From Lysobacterales bacterium (lineage in GTDB: Bacteria > Pseudomonadota > Gammaproteobacteria > Xanthomonadales > SZUA-5), in the NCBI GenBank assembly GCA_022844165.1, contig JALHMH010000005.1, forward strand, positions 32,001 to 96,000: a DNA stretch of 64,000 nt. The letters run 5' to 3'. Numbering within the stretch: the first letter of the stretch is position 1; every line of letters starts with the position of its first letter. Under the pieces are notes generated by a model. That model was not told where the DNA came from, searched no databases, and saw only the letters and a program-made list of their open reading frames with translations. Shown here piece by piece: positions 55,306-64,000 of the stretch. A program made the translations under genes and the position numbers.

Positions 55306-56655
55306 ATGCGCTTTCCAATACTGTGGGCATTGTTATTCGCCACTGCGGCATCCGCTCAAGATCGTCACCCGACGGTGATCGCGGATATCTCTGGCATCGG
55401 CGCCGAACGCATCGCCAGGCTGAAATCCGAATCGATCTGGTCGGTGGAGATGGGCATGGAGATGCTGCTCGCCGTCGACGCCGGGCAACATGACCAGTGG
55501 CTAAAACGAGACGGCATCCGCAACGGTCTGGGACACCTCAATCGCGATGAGGTCTGGATTCGCGACCATGTTTGCACGCACCAGGCCGTGATGCCAGCAC
55601 TTGGCACAGTGGGCGGTTACGAGGTTCTACGGCAGCCACCCGCCATGATCCGTTATGCGAAAGCGCATGGCATTCCGGGAACCGACGCACCCGCGGACGG
55701 CGTTCTCGCGCGCGAAGCCCGCAATGAACCGGGCGGCGTGGTGCGCGGAAAATCGCTGCCGAGTGTGCAGTCTTTGGTTGATCGCGTCGATGCCGAACGC
55801 TGGTTTCAAACGATGAGCCTGCTCGCGGCTTTCAATCGCAACAGCTTCAGTCCCACGCTTTCGACGGCACGCGACTGGGTGCTTTCGGCTTTCGAAGGCG
55901 CCGCCTTACGCACCGAAGTGTTCGAGTACCAGATGCCGAGCATCACCAGTTGCAACCCGGCGACAGCACCGATCAATCTTAGCAATCCTGTTGGCCGCAA
56001 GATTGGTGAGCGCCTGCCCGATGAGTGGATCGTCATCGGTGCGCATTACGATTCGCGCAACAGTGCGCGCTGCGATGGCACCGCCAACCCCCAGCCCGGC
56101 GCCAACGATAATGCGTCGGGCTGTGCGGGCGTCATCGAACTGGCGCGCATCTTCGCCGATGTGCCGACGCAGCGCTCGATTTTATTCATGTGCTACTCGG
56201 GTGAGGAACAGGGCCTCTGGGGCAGCCGCCGTTACGTCGAAGCGCTGCAGGCGAATGGCGATATCGCCAAGGTCAAACACATGATCAATCTCGACATGTT
56301 GGGCTTCGACTCCGGTGGTACGCTCGATGCACGGGTCGAGACCAATACCACGCACGCCGCTTTGTTGGTCCAGTATCGGACAGCCGCAACCACATACGCA
56401 CCGGAACTCAATTTGATCACCAGCAGCAATACCAGCGCCGGATCCGATCATTGGTACTTTTTACAAGCGGGCGTTCCCGCGGTATTTACGTGGGAAAACG
56501 GCGCCAGCATTTATCCGCACTACCATCGGGACACCGATCTGCCGGCCAACATGACCCGGGCCAGAGAACTGGCGGGTGGAATTTTGAAAATGGACACCGC
56601 AATGCTCGCTGAAATGGCCATCCTGGGGGCGACGTTTGCCGATGGATTCGAGTGA
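55306..56655 (+). CDS. Secreted M28-family metallopeptidase with a GFE tag
   Basis: Signal peptide; IGAHYDS, GANDNASG, GEEQGLWGS, INLDM, SDH, HYH; ends TFADGFE. Confidence 0.92.
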   Translation: MRFPILWALLFATAASAQDRHPTVIADISGIGAERIARLKSESIWSVEMGMEMLLAVDAGQHDQWLKRDGIRNGLGHLNRDEVWIRDHVCTHQAVMPALGTVGGYEVLRQPPAMIRYAKAHGIPGTDAPADGVLAREARNEPGGVVRGKSLPSVQSLVDRVDAERWFQTMSLLAAFNRNSFSPTLSTARDWVLSAFEGAALRTEVFEYQMPSITSCNPATAPINLSNPVGRKIGERLPDEWIVIGAHYDSRNSARCDGTANPQPGANDNASGCAGVIELARIFADVPTQRSILFMCYSGEEQGLWGSRRYVEALQANGDIAKVKHMINLDMLGFDSGGTLDARVETNTTHAALLVQYRTAATTYAPELNLITSSNTSAGSDHWYFLQAGVPAVFTWENGASIYPHYHRDTDLPANMTRARELAGGILKMDTAMLAEMAILGATFADGFE

Positions 56656-56679
56656 TCGAGTCTGCTACCGAAGGCGCCA

Positions 56680-57291
56680 ATGCCAGTGCAATCGTCCTCC
56701 TTGATCGACAATAACCCAGCCATCTGGCGCGCACGCGATGCCGAACGGCGGCGGCTGCCAGCGCAGCCAACGCGGCACGCCGCGCTTGATGCGGTGTTAC
56801 CCGGTGGCGGCTGGCCGGTGGGCATGCTCAGCGAAATTCTGGCGCCGCAGTTGGGATTCGGCCAGCTTTCGCTACTCGCGCCGATGTTGGCGGAACGCTC
56901 GCGACAACAACATCGTATCGTTTTTGTTCATCCGCCCTGCCCACCGTACGCGCCAACGTTGGCACAATCCGGCATCGCCCTGGATCAAGTATTGTGGCTC
57001 GATATCGAAAAAGAGCGCGATGCACTTTGGGCGGCGGAACAAACCTTGGCGAGCCGCACACCGGCGGTGGTCATGTTGTGGGTCGATAACGCCAACGAAC
57101 GCGCTTTACGGCGCCTGGCGCTCGCCGTCGAAGGCAGCCAGTCGCTGGCATTCGTCTTTCGCCCGCTCAGCGAAGTCGTCGAGATCTCGCCTGCGGCATT
57201 GCGCATTTGTATCGACGCGCCAGACAAGCCACTGCGTATCGTCAAAGCACGCGGGTTGCATTGCTCGCTGGCGCAACCACTGTTGGTATGA
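56680..57291 (+). CDS. imuA: Translesion synthesis accessory protein ImuA
   Basis: LDAVLPGGGWP, SEIL, PPCPPYAP, LWAAEQ, LRRLALA, FVFRP, SPAALR. Confidence 0.9.
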   Translation: MPVQSSSLIDNNPAIWRARDAERRRLPAQPTRHAALDAVLPGGGWPVGMLSEILAPQLGFGQLSLLAPMLAERSRQQHRIVFVHPPCPPYAPTLAQSGIALDQVLWLDIEKERDALWAAEQTLASRTPAVVMLWVDNANERALRRLALAVEGSQSLAFVFRPLSEVVEISPAALRICIDAPDKPLRIVKARGLHCSLAQPLLV

Positions 57292-58838
57292 GTGTGCGCC
57301 GCGCTGTCGCGGCGGATGAGACTGGCGCCAGAAATGCTGCGCCGACCGCCTCGTTGGATGCGCCCATGCTGCCGCAACACGATCTTGCCGACACACCACC
57401 TCGCTGGTTGTACATCACTTTGCCGACGCTGGCGATCGATTTGATCGAACGCCAAAGTCCGGTTGCCGCCCCGCGTGTCGTCGTCGATGGACCCGAATTG
57501 CGCGCCAGCGTGTTTGCCGCAAACGCCGCCGCGCTCGCTACTGGCATTCAGCCCGGCATGCGCCTGCCCGCCGCCCAGGCGCTCGCCGCACTGACCGTAC
57601 ATCGTCGCGACCCGCTCGCCGAGAACAAGGCGCTTGAGCATTTGGCGGGTTTCGCCTATCGCTACACCAGTCGCGTTGCACTGGACACTGGGCTGACCCT
57701 GGAGATTGGTGCCAGCCTCCAATTGTTTGGCGGTTTTTTGCCATTGCACGCGGCTTTGACGCAAGGATTTGTCGAACAGGGTTTCGCCGCTCAGTTCGGC
57801 TATGGCGATTCGCCCAGCGCTGCTCGCTTGCGCTCGACCGCAGCTCGCGAACGCCACGCGCCGCTGGGCGCAATCCCACTGACATCGAGCACACTCGATC
57901 CACGTGTCGTCTCTACCTTGGCAGCCACAGGCGTGCATACGCATGGCGAATTGGCGCGATTGCCGCGCAGCGGCGTTGCACGGCGCTTTGGTCAACGCGT
58001 CATTGATTATTTGAGCCGTCTGCATGGCGAGTTACCGGAAGCGCTGACCCTCTATCGACCACCTGATCGTTACCACGCCTGGTGGGAACTACCGGCGCCC
58101 AGCGCATCGATCGATACTCTGGCCTACCCGATCAAACGTCTGCTCGCCGATCTTGCTGCTCAATTGGCCGCTCGCGATGGCGGCGTAGAACGATTTACGC
58201 TGCGTTTTGCGCTGGAGAAAGGGTTCAAGCACCGAACGGAGATCGATCAGGCACTCGACAGCGATGTTGTGCGCATCGACGTGGGTCTGCTTGAAGCCAG
58301 CCGCGATCCCGAGCGTCTGTTCGCATTGACCCGCGCGCGGCTCGAACACTTCAAACTGCCACGCGCCGTGCTCGGCATCCACCTCGAAGTTTCGCGGCTG
58401 CCAACATTCACGCCGACCGCCAGCGATCTTTTCGACGATCCTGGTGTCGATAAAACCGCGTTGAAACCACTACTCGAACGCCTGAGCGCGCGCCTGGGCA
58501 CGCACAGCTTGAAGTATCCACGCCTGTTGGCTGACCACCGTATGGAATTTGCTCAACTTTGGGAAAACACGCCGAAGGCGTCGACCGTGAAGCCAGGCAC
58601 CGCTCCACGTCCGGCGTGGTTGTTGCTTACACCTGTGCGCATCCAGATCGCCGATTTTCGGTTGGTCTCGAGCGCCGAGCGCATCGAAGGCGGCTGGTGG
58701 GACGATCGGGACCAACGTCGCGACTACTATCTCGCCGAAGTGATCCGCGCACGCAAGAATCAAGCTGTCCATGCACGCGCGTTCGTGTTTCAGGATCTCA
58801 AACAATCGGGGCAGTGGTACTTGCATGGTTGGGTGTGA
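57288..58838 (+). CDS. imuB: Y-family polymerase homolog ImuB
   Basis: GIQPGM.L..A, LEIGASLQLFGG, LPR..VARRFG, RPAWLL, ERIEGGWWD, RDYY, WYLHG. Confidence 0.92.
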   Translation: MSVRRAVAADETGARNAAPTASLDAPMLPQHDLADTPPRWLYITLPTLAIDLIERQSPVAAPRVVVDGPELRASVFAANAAALATGIQPGMRLPAAQALAALTVHRRDPLAENKALEHLAGFAYRYTSRVALDTGLTLEIGASLQLFGGFLPLHAALTQGFVEQGFAAQFGYGDSPSAARLRSTAARERHAPLGAIPLTSSTLDPRVVSTLAATGVHTHGELARLPRSGVARRFGQRVIDYLSRLHGELPEALTLYRPPDRYHAWWELPAPSASIDTLAYPIKRLLADLAAQLAARDGGVERFTLRFALEKGFKHRTEIDQALDSDVVRIDVGLLEASRDPERLFALTRARLEHFKLPRAVLGIHLEVSRLPTFTPTASDLFDDPGVDKTALKPLLERLSARLGTHSLKYPRLLADHRMEFAQLWENTPKASTVKPGTAPRPAWLLLTPVRIQIADFRLVSSAERIEGGWWDDRDQRRDYYLAEVIRARKNQAVHARAFVFQDLKQSGQWYLHGWV

Positions 58839-58906
58839 GGCTTGGCAGATAAGCTCTTTTCGTTGTCCTGCAAACGGGAAGAACCGCTTTTCGTCACTTT
58901 AGGAGA

Positions 58907-59647
58907 ATGGTTATGACGACTCCGATACTCACCGCACTCTGTTGGATATCGCTCACGGCAAACGATGCCGGCGACATCGTGCGCAAAGCTCAAGAGGCGG
59001 CCGGAGGCGAGGTCTGGCGCCGGCCGACAACGCTCTATCTTGAAGGCAGTGCCGAACTGTACGCCGATGGCACACAGGCGAGCCGCAAGACCGCCGACCG
59101 CTACGTGATGTGGCGCGAATTTCCAACCTGGAACAACACCGCGCACGCAGCCAACGGCAAGGTGCGAATCGACGCTGCCGAAGGCGGGAAGACGCTCTTC
59201 CAGATCGCGTTCGACGGCGAAAAAACGTACAACCAGGATGGGGAAGTGCCTGGCGCACAAGCCAGCCGCGAATGGAGCGAAAACTTTGGCTTCGGCATCA
59301 TCCGCTTCGCGCTCGGCGAGGGTTTCAAACAAACGCTGATGGCGCCCGATACCATCGATGGGCACGCAGTTCACGTGGTCAAGATCAGCGACCCCAGCGG
59401 CGGCGACACGACGTTTGCCATCGATCAACAAAACCATCAGATCCGCCGCGTAGGCTTCAACACGCCGCGTGGATGGCATGAGCGCATTTACTCGGATTTT
59501 TTCTGGGTACAGGATCCAGGCTGGATGCAACCAGGCCGCGTACGGCTGTATTACAACGGCATCAAGACCAACGATATCCGCTGGACCAGAGCGCTGATTA
59601 ATGAGCCGATTGAGGCCAGCCGCTTTGTGATCGGCAACGAGCGCTGA
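58907..59647 (+). CDS. Secreted hypothetical protein (possibly LolA-like fold)
   Basis: AGGAGA RBS; signal-like N-terminus; I-x-x-K-x-x-x-A-x-GG pattern and beta-rich body. Confidence 0.7.
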   Translation: MVMTTPILTALCWISLTANDAGDIVRKAQEAAGGEVWRRPTTLYLEGSAELYADGTQASRKTADRYVMWREFPTWNNTAHAANGKVRIDAAEGGKTLFQIAFDGEKTYNQDGEVPGAQASREWSENFGFGIIRFALGEGFKQTLMAPDTIDGHAVHVVKISDPSGGDTTFAIDQQNHQIRRVGFNTPRGWHERIYSDFFWVQDPGWMQPGRVRLYYNGIKTNDIRWTRALINEPIEASRFVIGNER

Positions 59648-59769
59648 CAGGGCGTTGCCCGAGACCAGCGCTGGCGGCATTGTGCTAGTCTTTGGGGCTT
59701 GATTTCGCGTCGATGGCAGGGCGTTTCTTAGGGCCCATCACCGTTCGACCCAACACCCGGAGCTGTTAC

Positions 59770-62355
59770 ATGGCTGATCTGGCCAAAGAAATCCTGCGCG
59801 TCAACATTGAAGATGAAATGCGGCAGTCGTATCTCGACTACGCCATGAGTGTAATCGTCGGTCGCGCGCTGCCCGATGTGCGCGATGGCTTGAAGCCAGT
59901 GCACCGTCGCGTGCTCTACGCCATGAAGGAACTCGGCAACGATTTCAACAAACCGTACAAGAAGTCGGCGCGTATCGTCGGCGATGTGATCGGCAAGTAT
60001 CACCCGCACGGCGACACCGCGGTATACGACACGATCGTGCGCATGGCGCAGCCATTTTCGCTGCGTTACATGTTAGTTGATGGCCAGGGCAACTTCGGGT
60101 CGGTCGATGGCGACGCCCCAGCGGCGATGCGTTACACCGAAATCCGCTTGTCTAAACTCGCGCACGAGTTAATGCGCGATCTCGACAAAGACACCGTCGA
60201 TTTTCAACCCAACTACGACGACAAAGAACTTGAGCCGTCGGTGTTGCCTACCGTTGTGCCGAACCTGCTGATCAACGGTTCGTCGGGCATCGCCGTCGGC
60301 ATGGCAACGAATATTCCGCCGCACAACCTGACGGAAGTGATCAACGCCTTGATCGCGCTGATACACGCGCCGGAGTTGAGCATCGAACAATTGATGGTGC
60401 ACATTGCCGGCCCGGATTTTCCAACGCACGGCATCATCAATGGTTCGATGGGCATCCGCGAGGCTTATCGCACCGGCCGCGGTCGCATCCTGGTGCGCGG
60501 CAAAGCGGATATCGAAGTCGAGGGAAATCGCGAAGCGATCATCATCACCGAACTTCCCTACCAGGTGAACAAAGCGCGATTGGTCGAGAAAATCGCGGAA
60601 CTGGTCAAAGCAAAAGAGCTCGATGGCATCGCGTCCGACGGTTTGCGCGATGAATCCGACAAGGACGGCATGCGCGTCGTCATCGAGGTGAAGCGCGGCG
60701 AAAATGCCGAAGTGCTGCTCAATAAACTGTACAAACAAACTCAGCTGGAAACGGTGTTCGGCATCAACATGGTGGCGCTCGTTGGCGGCCAGCCGCGCAC
60801 ACTGAATCTGAAGGAAATTCTCGAAGCCTTTTTGCGCCACCGGCGCGAAGTGGTCACACGGCGCACGATCTTTGAGTTACGCAAAGCGCGGGCACGCGCC
60901 CACGTACTGGAAGGCCTGACCGTCGCATTGGCGAACATCGATGAGATGATCGAGCTGATCAAGACCAGCAAAGACGGGAGCGAGGCGCGCGAGCGCATGC
61001 TGGCCAAACGCTGGGAACCGGGCCTGGTGCGAGCGCTGCTTGCGGCCGCCGGTGCCGATCGTTCGCGGCCAGAAGATCTAGGGCCCAATGAGGGCCTTGC
61101 GGAGGATGGTTATCAGCTCTCGGAGATCCAGGCCAAAGAAATTCTGGAGATGCGTTTGCAGCGCCTCACTGGCTTGGAGCAGGAAAAACTCACAGACGAG
61201 TACAAGCTGATCCTCGATGCGATCCGCGAGTTGTTCCGTGTGCTCGAAGAGCCCGGTCGGCTGATGGAAATCATCGAAGGGGAGCTGGTCTCGATACGCG
61301 AGGAGTTCGGCGATCAACGGCGCACGAAGATCGAGCATTCGCAATCCGATCTCGACATCCTCGATCTGATTCCGCCGGAAGACGTCGTGGTCACCTTGAG
61401 TCATGCGGGTTATATCAAGCGCCAACCACTGACCGTTTATCGTGCGCAGCGCCGTGGCGGCAAAGGCAAGAGCGCCACCGCACTGAAAGACGAAGATTTT
61501 ATCGAGCGCTTGTGGATCGCCAACACGCACGACACGCTGCTCGCATTCACCGGCCTCGGCCGGGTCTTCAAGCTCAAGGTTTATCAAGTGCCGGAGGCCA
61601 GCGCCGGTTCGCGCGGACGGCCGATTGTCAACATGCTGCCGCTCGATCCAGGCGAGAAAATTCAAGCGGTGTTGCCGGTCCATCAATTTGTCGACGACAA
61701 GTTTGTGTTCTTCTCCACCCGGCAAGGCGTGGTCAAAAAAACGCCGCTCAGCGATTTCGTCAACGTCCGTACCAATGGCATTCGCGCCGTGGAACTCGAC
61801 GAAGGCGATGGCCTGGTGAACGTGGCTCTGACCGATGGCACACGCGACATCATGCTCTTCGGCAGCCACGGCAAAGCGGTGCGTTTTGCCGAAGATGAAG
61901 TGCGACCCATGGGCCGAACAGCACGCGGTGTGATTGGCATGCGCTTCGCCGACGGCGTGCCCGACGGACGCGTGGTTGCGATGCTGATGGTCGACGGCGA
62001 CGGCGATCTGTTAATCGCCACCGAACGTGGGTTCGGAAAACGCACGGCGATCGGCGAGTTCCCGCAGAAGGGTCGAGGCACACAAGGTGTTATTGCGATC
62101 CAAACCAGCGACCGCAACGGCGCCTTGGTCGGCGCGATCCAACTCACCGAAGCACACGATGTGATGTTGATTTCCGATCAGGGAACGTTGGTACGCACGC
62201 GCGCCGGCGAGATTTCGCAGGTCGGTCGCAACACCCAGGGCGTCACACTGATTCGATTGCCCGATGACGAAAAACTGGTCGGCGTAGAGCGGCTGGACGC
62301 GCTGGGCGACGACGAAGGCGAGAAAACCGAGGGCGAATCGGAAGCGCCAAACTGA
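59770..62355 (+). CDS. gyrA: DNA gyrase subunit A
   Basis: [32 protein letters not shown], GyrA box QRRGGKG. Confidence 0.99.
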   Translation: MADLAKEILRVNIEDEMRQSYLDYAMSVIVGRALPDVRDGLKPVHRRVLYAMKELGNDFNKPYKKSARIVGDVIGKYHPHGDTAVYDTIVRMAQPFSLRYMLVDGQGNFGSVDGDAPAAMRYTEIRLSKLAHELMRDLDKDTVDFQPNYDDKELEPSVLPTVVPNLLINGSSGIAVGMATNIPPHNLTEVINALIALIHAPELSIEQLMVHIAGPDFPTHGIINGSMGIREAYRTGRGRILVRGKADIEVEGNREAIIITELPYQVNKARLVEKIAELVKAKELDGIASDGLRDESDKDGMRVVIEVKRGENAEVLLNKLYKQTQLETVFGINMVALVGGQPRTLNLKEILEAFLRHRREVVTRRTIFELRKARARAHVLEGLTVALANIDEMIELIKTSKDGSEARERMLAKRWEPGLVRALLAAAGADRSRPEDLGPNEGLAEDGYQLSEIQAKEILEMRLQRLTGLEQEKLTDEYKLILDAIRELFRVLEEPGRLMEIIEGELVSIREEFGDQRRTKIEHSQSDLDILDLIPPEDVVVTLSHAGYIKRQPLTVYRAQRRGGKGKSATALKDEDFIERLWIANTHDTLLAFTGLGRVFKLKVYQVPEASAGSRGRPIVNMLPLDPGEKIQAVLPVHQFVDDKFVFFSTRQGVVKKTPLSDFVNVRTNGIRAVELDEGDGLVNVALTDGTRDIMLFGSHGKAVRFAEDEVRPMGRTARGVIGMRFADGVPDGRVVAMLMVDGDGDLLIATERGFGKRTAIGEFPQKGRGTQGVIAIQTSDRNGALVGAIQLTEAHDVMLISDQGTLVRTRAGEISQVGRNTQGVTLIRLPDDEKLVGVERLDALGDDEGEKTEGESEAPN

Positions 62356-62678
62356 TCCCGTGCGCCGCTCAATTGCGGCGATGGGCAATCAAAGTACCCG
62401 GCGGATCGCGAGTTTATCGATCGAGTCAGTCTTCTCCAAAGCGGCTTTGGCTGTTACGGCCAAAGCCCGCATTACGTGAAGAAGCTGGACGTACACGCTT
62501 TGAGCAGCGACCACAGAATCCGGCCACCGCTCCAATTGGCGTGGCTAGCCTGTCATTGGGCGCATCAACGCTTCCCGGCGAGACCGATTTCAACGCAGAG
62601 TTGTTCAACCGTGGGCGGCGCCATGTCGATCCAGGCACCGAACTGCGTGTTGATTCGAACTCCACAAGGCCACGACCG

Positions 62679-63299
62679 ATGCGCACTCTTGCCGCGATAG
62701 CTCTTTTTCTTTTTGCCCAGTTTTTGCCCGCTTCGGACTTCATAGAAGGGCGCCACTACCAACGCATCGATCCGGTGCAGCCGACGCAATCGGGCGACAA
62801 GATCGAGGTTGTCGAGGTATTCCTCTACACCTGCCCAAGCTGCAACCGCCTCGCGCCCCTGATCGCCGATTGGAAGGCCAAAAAATCCGACGATGTGGTG
62901 TTTAGCGCAGTACCGGCCGGTTGGGATGGCGGTGCTGAGGCATTCGCGCGAACGCACTATTCAGCCGAAGTCCTGGGCGCCATCGACAAAACGCATCAGC
63001 CGCTATTCGATGCCATTCACCGCGAGGGCATTCAGTTTGGATCGGTTGAAGAACTCGTCGCGTGGTACGCGCAGTTCGGCATCACAAATGAGACGATGCA
63101 AAAGACAATGAATAGTTTCGCCGTCGACAACCGAGTTGCGAGTGCACAGTCGCGCATTCTCCGTTGGGGCGTGGGCGGCGTCCCAACAATCATCGTCAAC
63201 GGAAAATATCGTTTCGACCCAACCGAAGCCGGCAGTCATCAAAAGACCATCGAACTGATCGACTTTCTGGTGCAAAAAGAGCGCGAAGCCAAGAACTGA
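62679..63299 (+). CDS. dsbA: Thiol:disulfide oxidoreductase DsbA-family
   Basis: Signal peptide from ATG 62679; IEVVEVFLYTCPSC, GVPTIIVNGKY. Confidence 0.88.
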   Translation: MRTLAAIALFLFAQFLPASDFIEGRHYQRIDPVQPTQSGDKIEVVEVFLYTCPSCNRLAPLIADWKAKKSDDVVFSAVPAGWDGGAEAFARTHYSAEVLGAIDKTHQPLFDAIHREGIQFGSVEELVAWYAQFGITNETMQKTMNSFAVDNRVASAQSRILRWGVGGVPTIIVNGKYRFDPTEAGSHQKTIELIDFLVQKEREAKN

Positions 63300-63431
63300 T
63301 TGCGCATCAATCGGCGGTTCTTGAGCGAACGCCGATCTTCCAAAACGCGTTTGGTGGCCAGTACCCAAGCGCGCCACTCATTCGGCACCGCAGAGCGGCG
63401 CGCTCTGGAATGCCCATTGCAAACTGACCGA

Positions 63432-64000
63432 CTACGCTGCCAGCGCAATTTTTGGCGAAGCCAACCACGCAGCGCCGAGATCGTACTGTTCCGACGCACT
63501 CTCGACGACGACGACCCGGCGCCGGAAGGACTCGCCATCTGGACGTGTTTTTGCATACCAGCCCAGGTGTTTGCGTGCCACACGCACACCCGTGTGTTCG
63601 CCATAAAAGGCGTACAGCGCTTGCAGATGATCGAGCATGGTTTGCGCGATCTCGGCGTCCGTCGGCGGCGCGAGAAGTCGGCCATGGCGCAAGAAATGCC
63701 CGGCCTCACGAAAGATCCAGGGATAACCTTGCGCTGCGCGGCCGATCAGCACGCCATCGCAGCCAGTATGTCGCAATACGTGCTGCGCCTTCTCTGGCGT
63801 ATCGATATCGCCGTTCGCAAATACCGGAATGTCGAGTTGCGACTTGATGATCGCGATCGTGTCGTACTCTGCCTGGCCCAGGTATTGGTCCTCGCGCGTG
63901 CGCCCGTGTACAGCCAGCGCCGCAATGCCAGCGTCCCGCGCGATACGCGCAATCTCCAGACCGTTGCGTACGGCGCGACACCATCCAGTGCGGATTTTCA
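63432..64000 (-). CDS. dusB: tRNA-dihydrouridine synthase B, C-terminal part
   Basis: KIRTGW, LAVHGRTR, ANGDIDTP, GCDGVLIGRAAQGYPWIF, ARKHLGWY; the frame runs off the window edge. Confidence 0.92.
   Translation of the reverse strand, partial: KIRTGWCRAVRNGLEIARIARDAGIAALAVHGRTREDQYLGQAEYDTIAIIKSQLDIPVFANGDIDTPEKAQHVLRHTGCDGVLIGRAAQGYPWIFREAGHFLRHGRLLAPPTDAEIAQTMLDHLQALYAFYGEHTGVRVARKHLGWYAKTRPDGESFRRRVVVVESASEQYDLGAAWLASPKIALAA

Noticed and set aside
62373-62678. N-terminal extensions in the ORF track (dsbA, rimP, mtnA, gntR, leuC-like, nuclease, GST-kappa)
   Set aside because: Downstream starts give proper signal peptides or family N-termini, and several extensions overlap neighbouring genes.
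1-64000. CRISPR array, IS transposase, integrase, prophage or retron RT
   Set aside because: No regularly spaced repeats and no ORF with DDE, tyrosine/serine recombinase, RT (YADD) or phage structural motifs was seen.

Overview
GC-rich gammaproteobacterial chromosome segment, most like Xanthomonadales (Rhodanobacteraceae/Ahniella-like lineages); this assignment is inferred from protein style only. Core genes: partial hisS, merR-type/ihfA/pheT, uvrD, sppA, rimP-nusA-infB-rbfA-truB, hemN, rlmC, mtnA, gyrA, dsbA and partial dusB. Accessory genes include phoD, a Leu-type dehydrogenase, two GGDEF/EAL proteins, cyanophycinase, an NrtR-like regulator, a GntR-LeuCD-like unit, a complete Hen1-Pnkp RNA-repair pair, imuA-imuB without dnaE2, and several secreted multidomain proteins. 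I saw no tRNA, rRNA, CRISPR array or transposase. The most interesting signals are: (1) a shared C-terminal '[LF]-x-[DNS]-G-F-E-stop' tag on three unrelated secreted proteins plus an orphan gene remnant, a candidate sorting or docking signal; (2) a ~190-bp lower-GC, heavily self-complementary segment that truncates a secreted-protein gene just upstream of the rimP terminator; (3) a three-hairpin C-rich sRNA candidate upstream of pheT; (4) a cluster of four strong hairpins at 41.2 kb. All family assignments come from motif recognition by eye, not from database searches.
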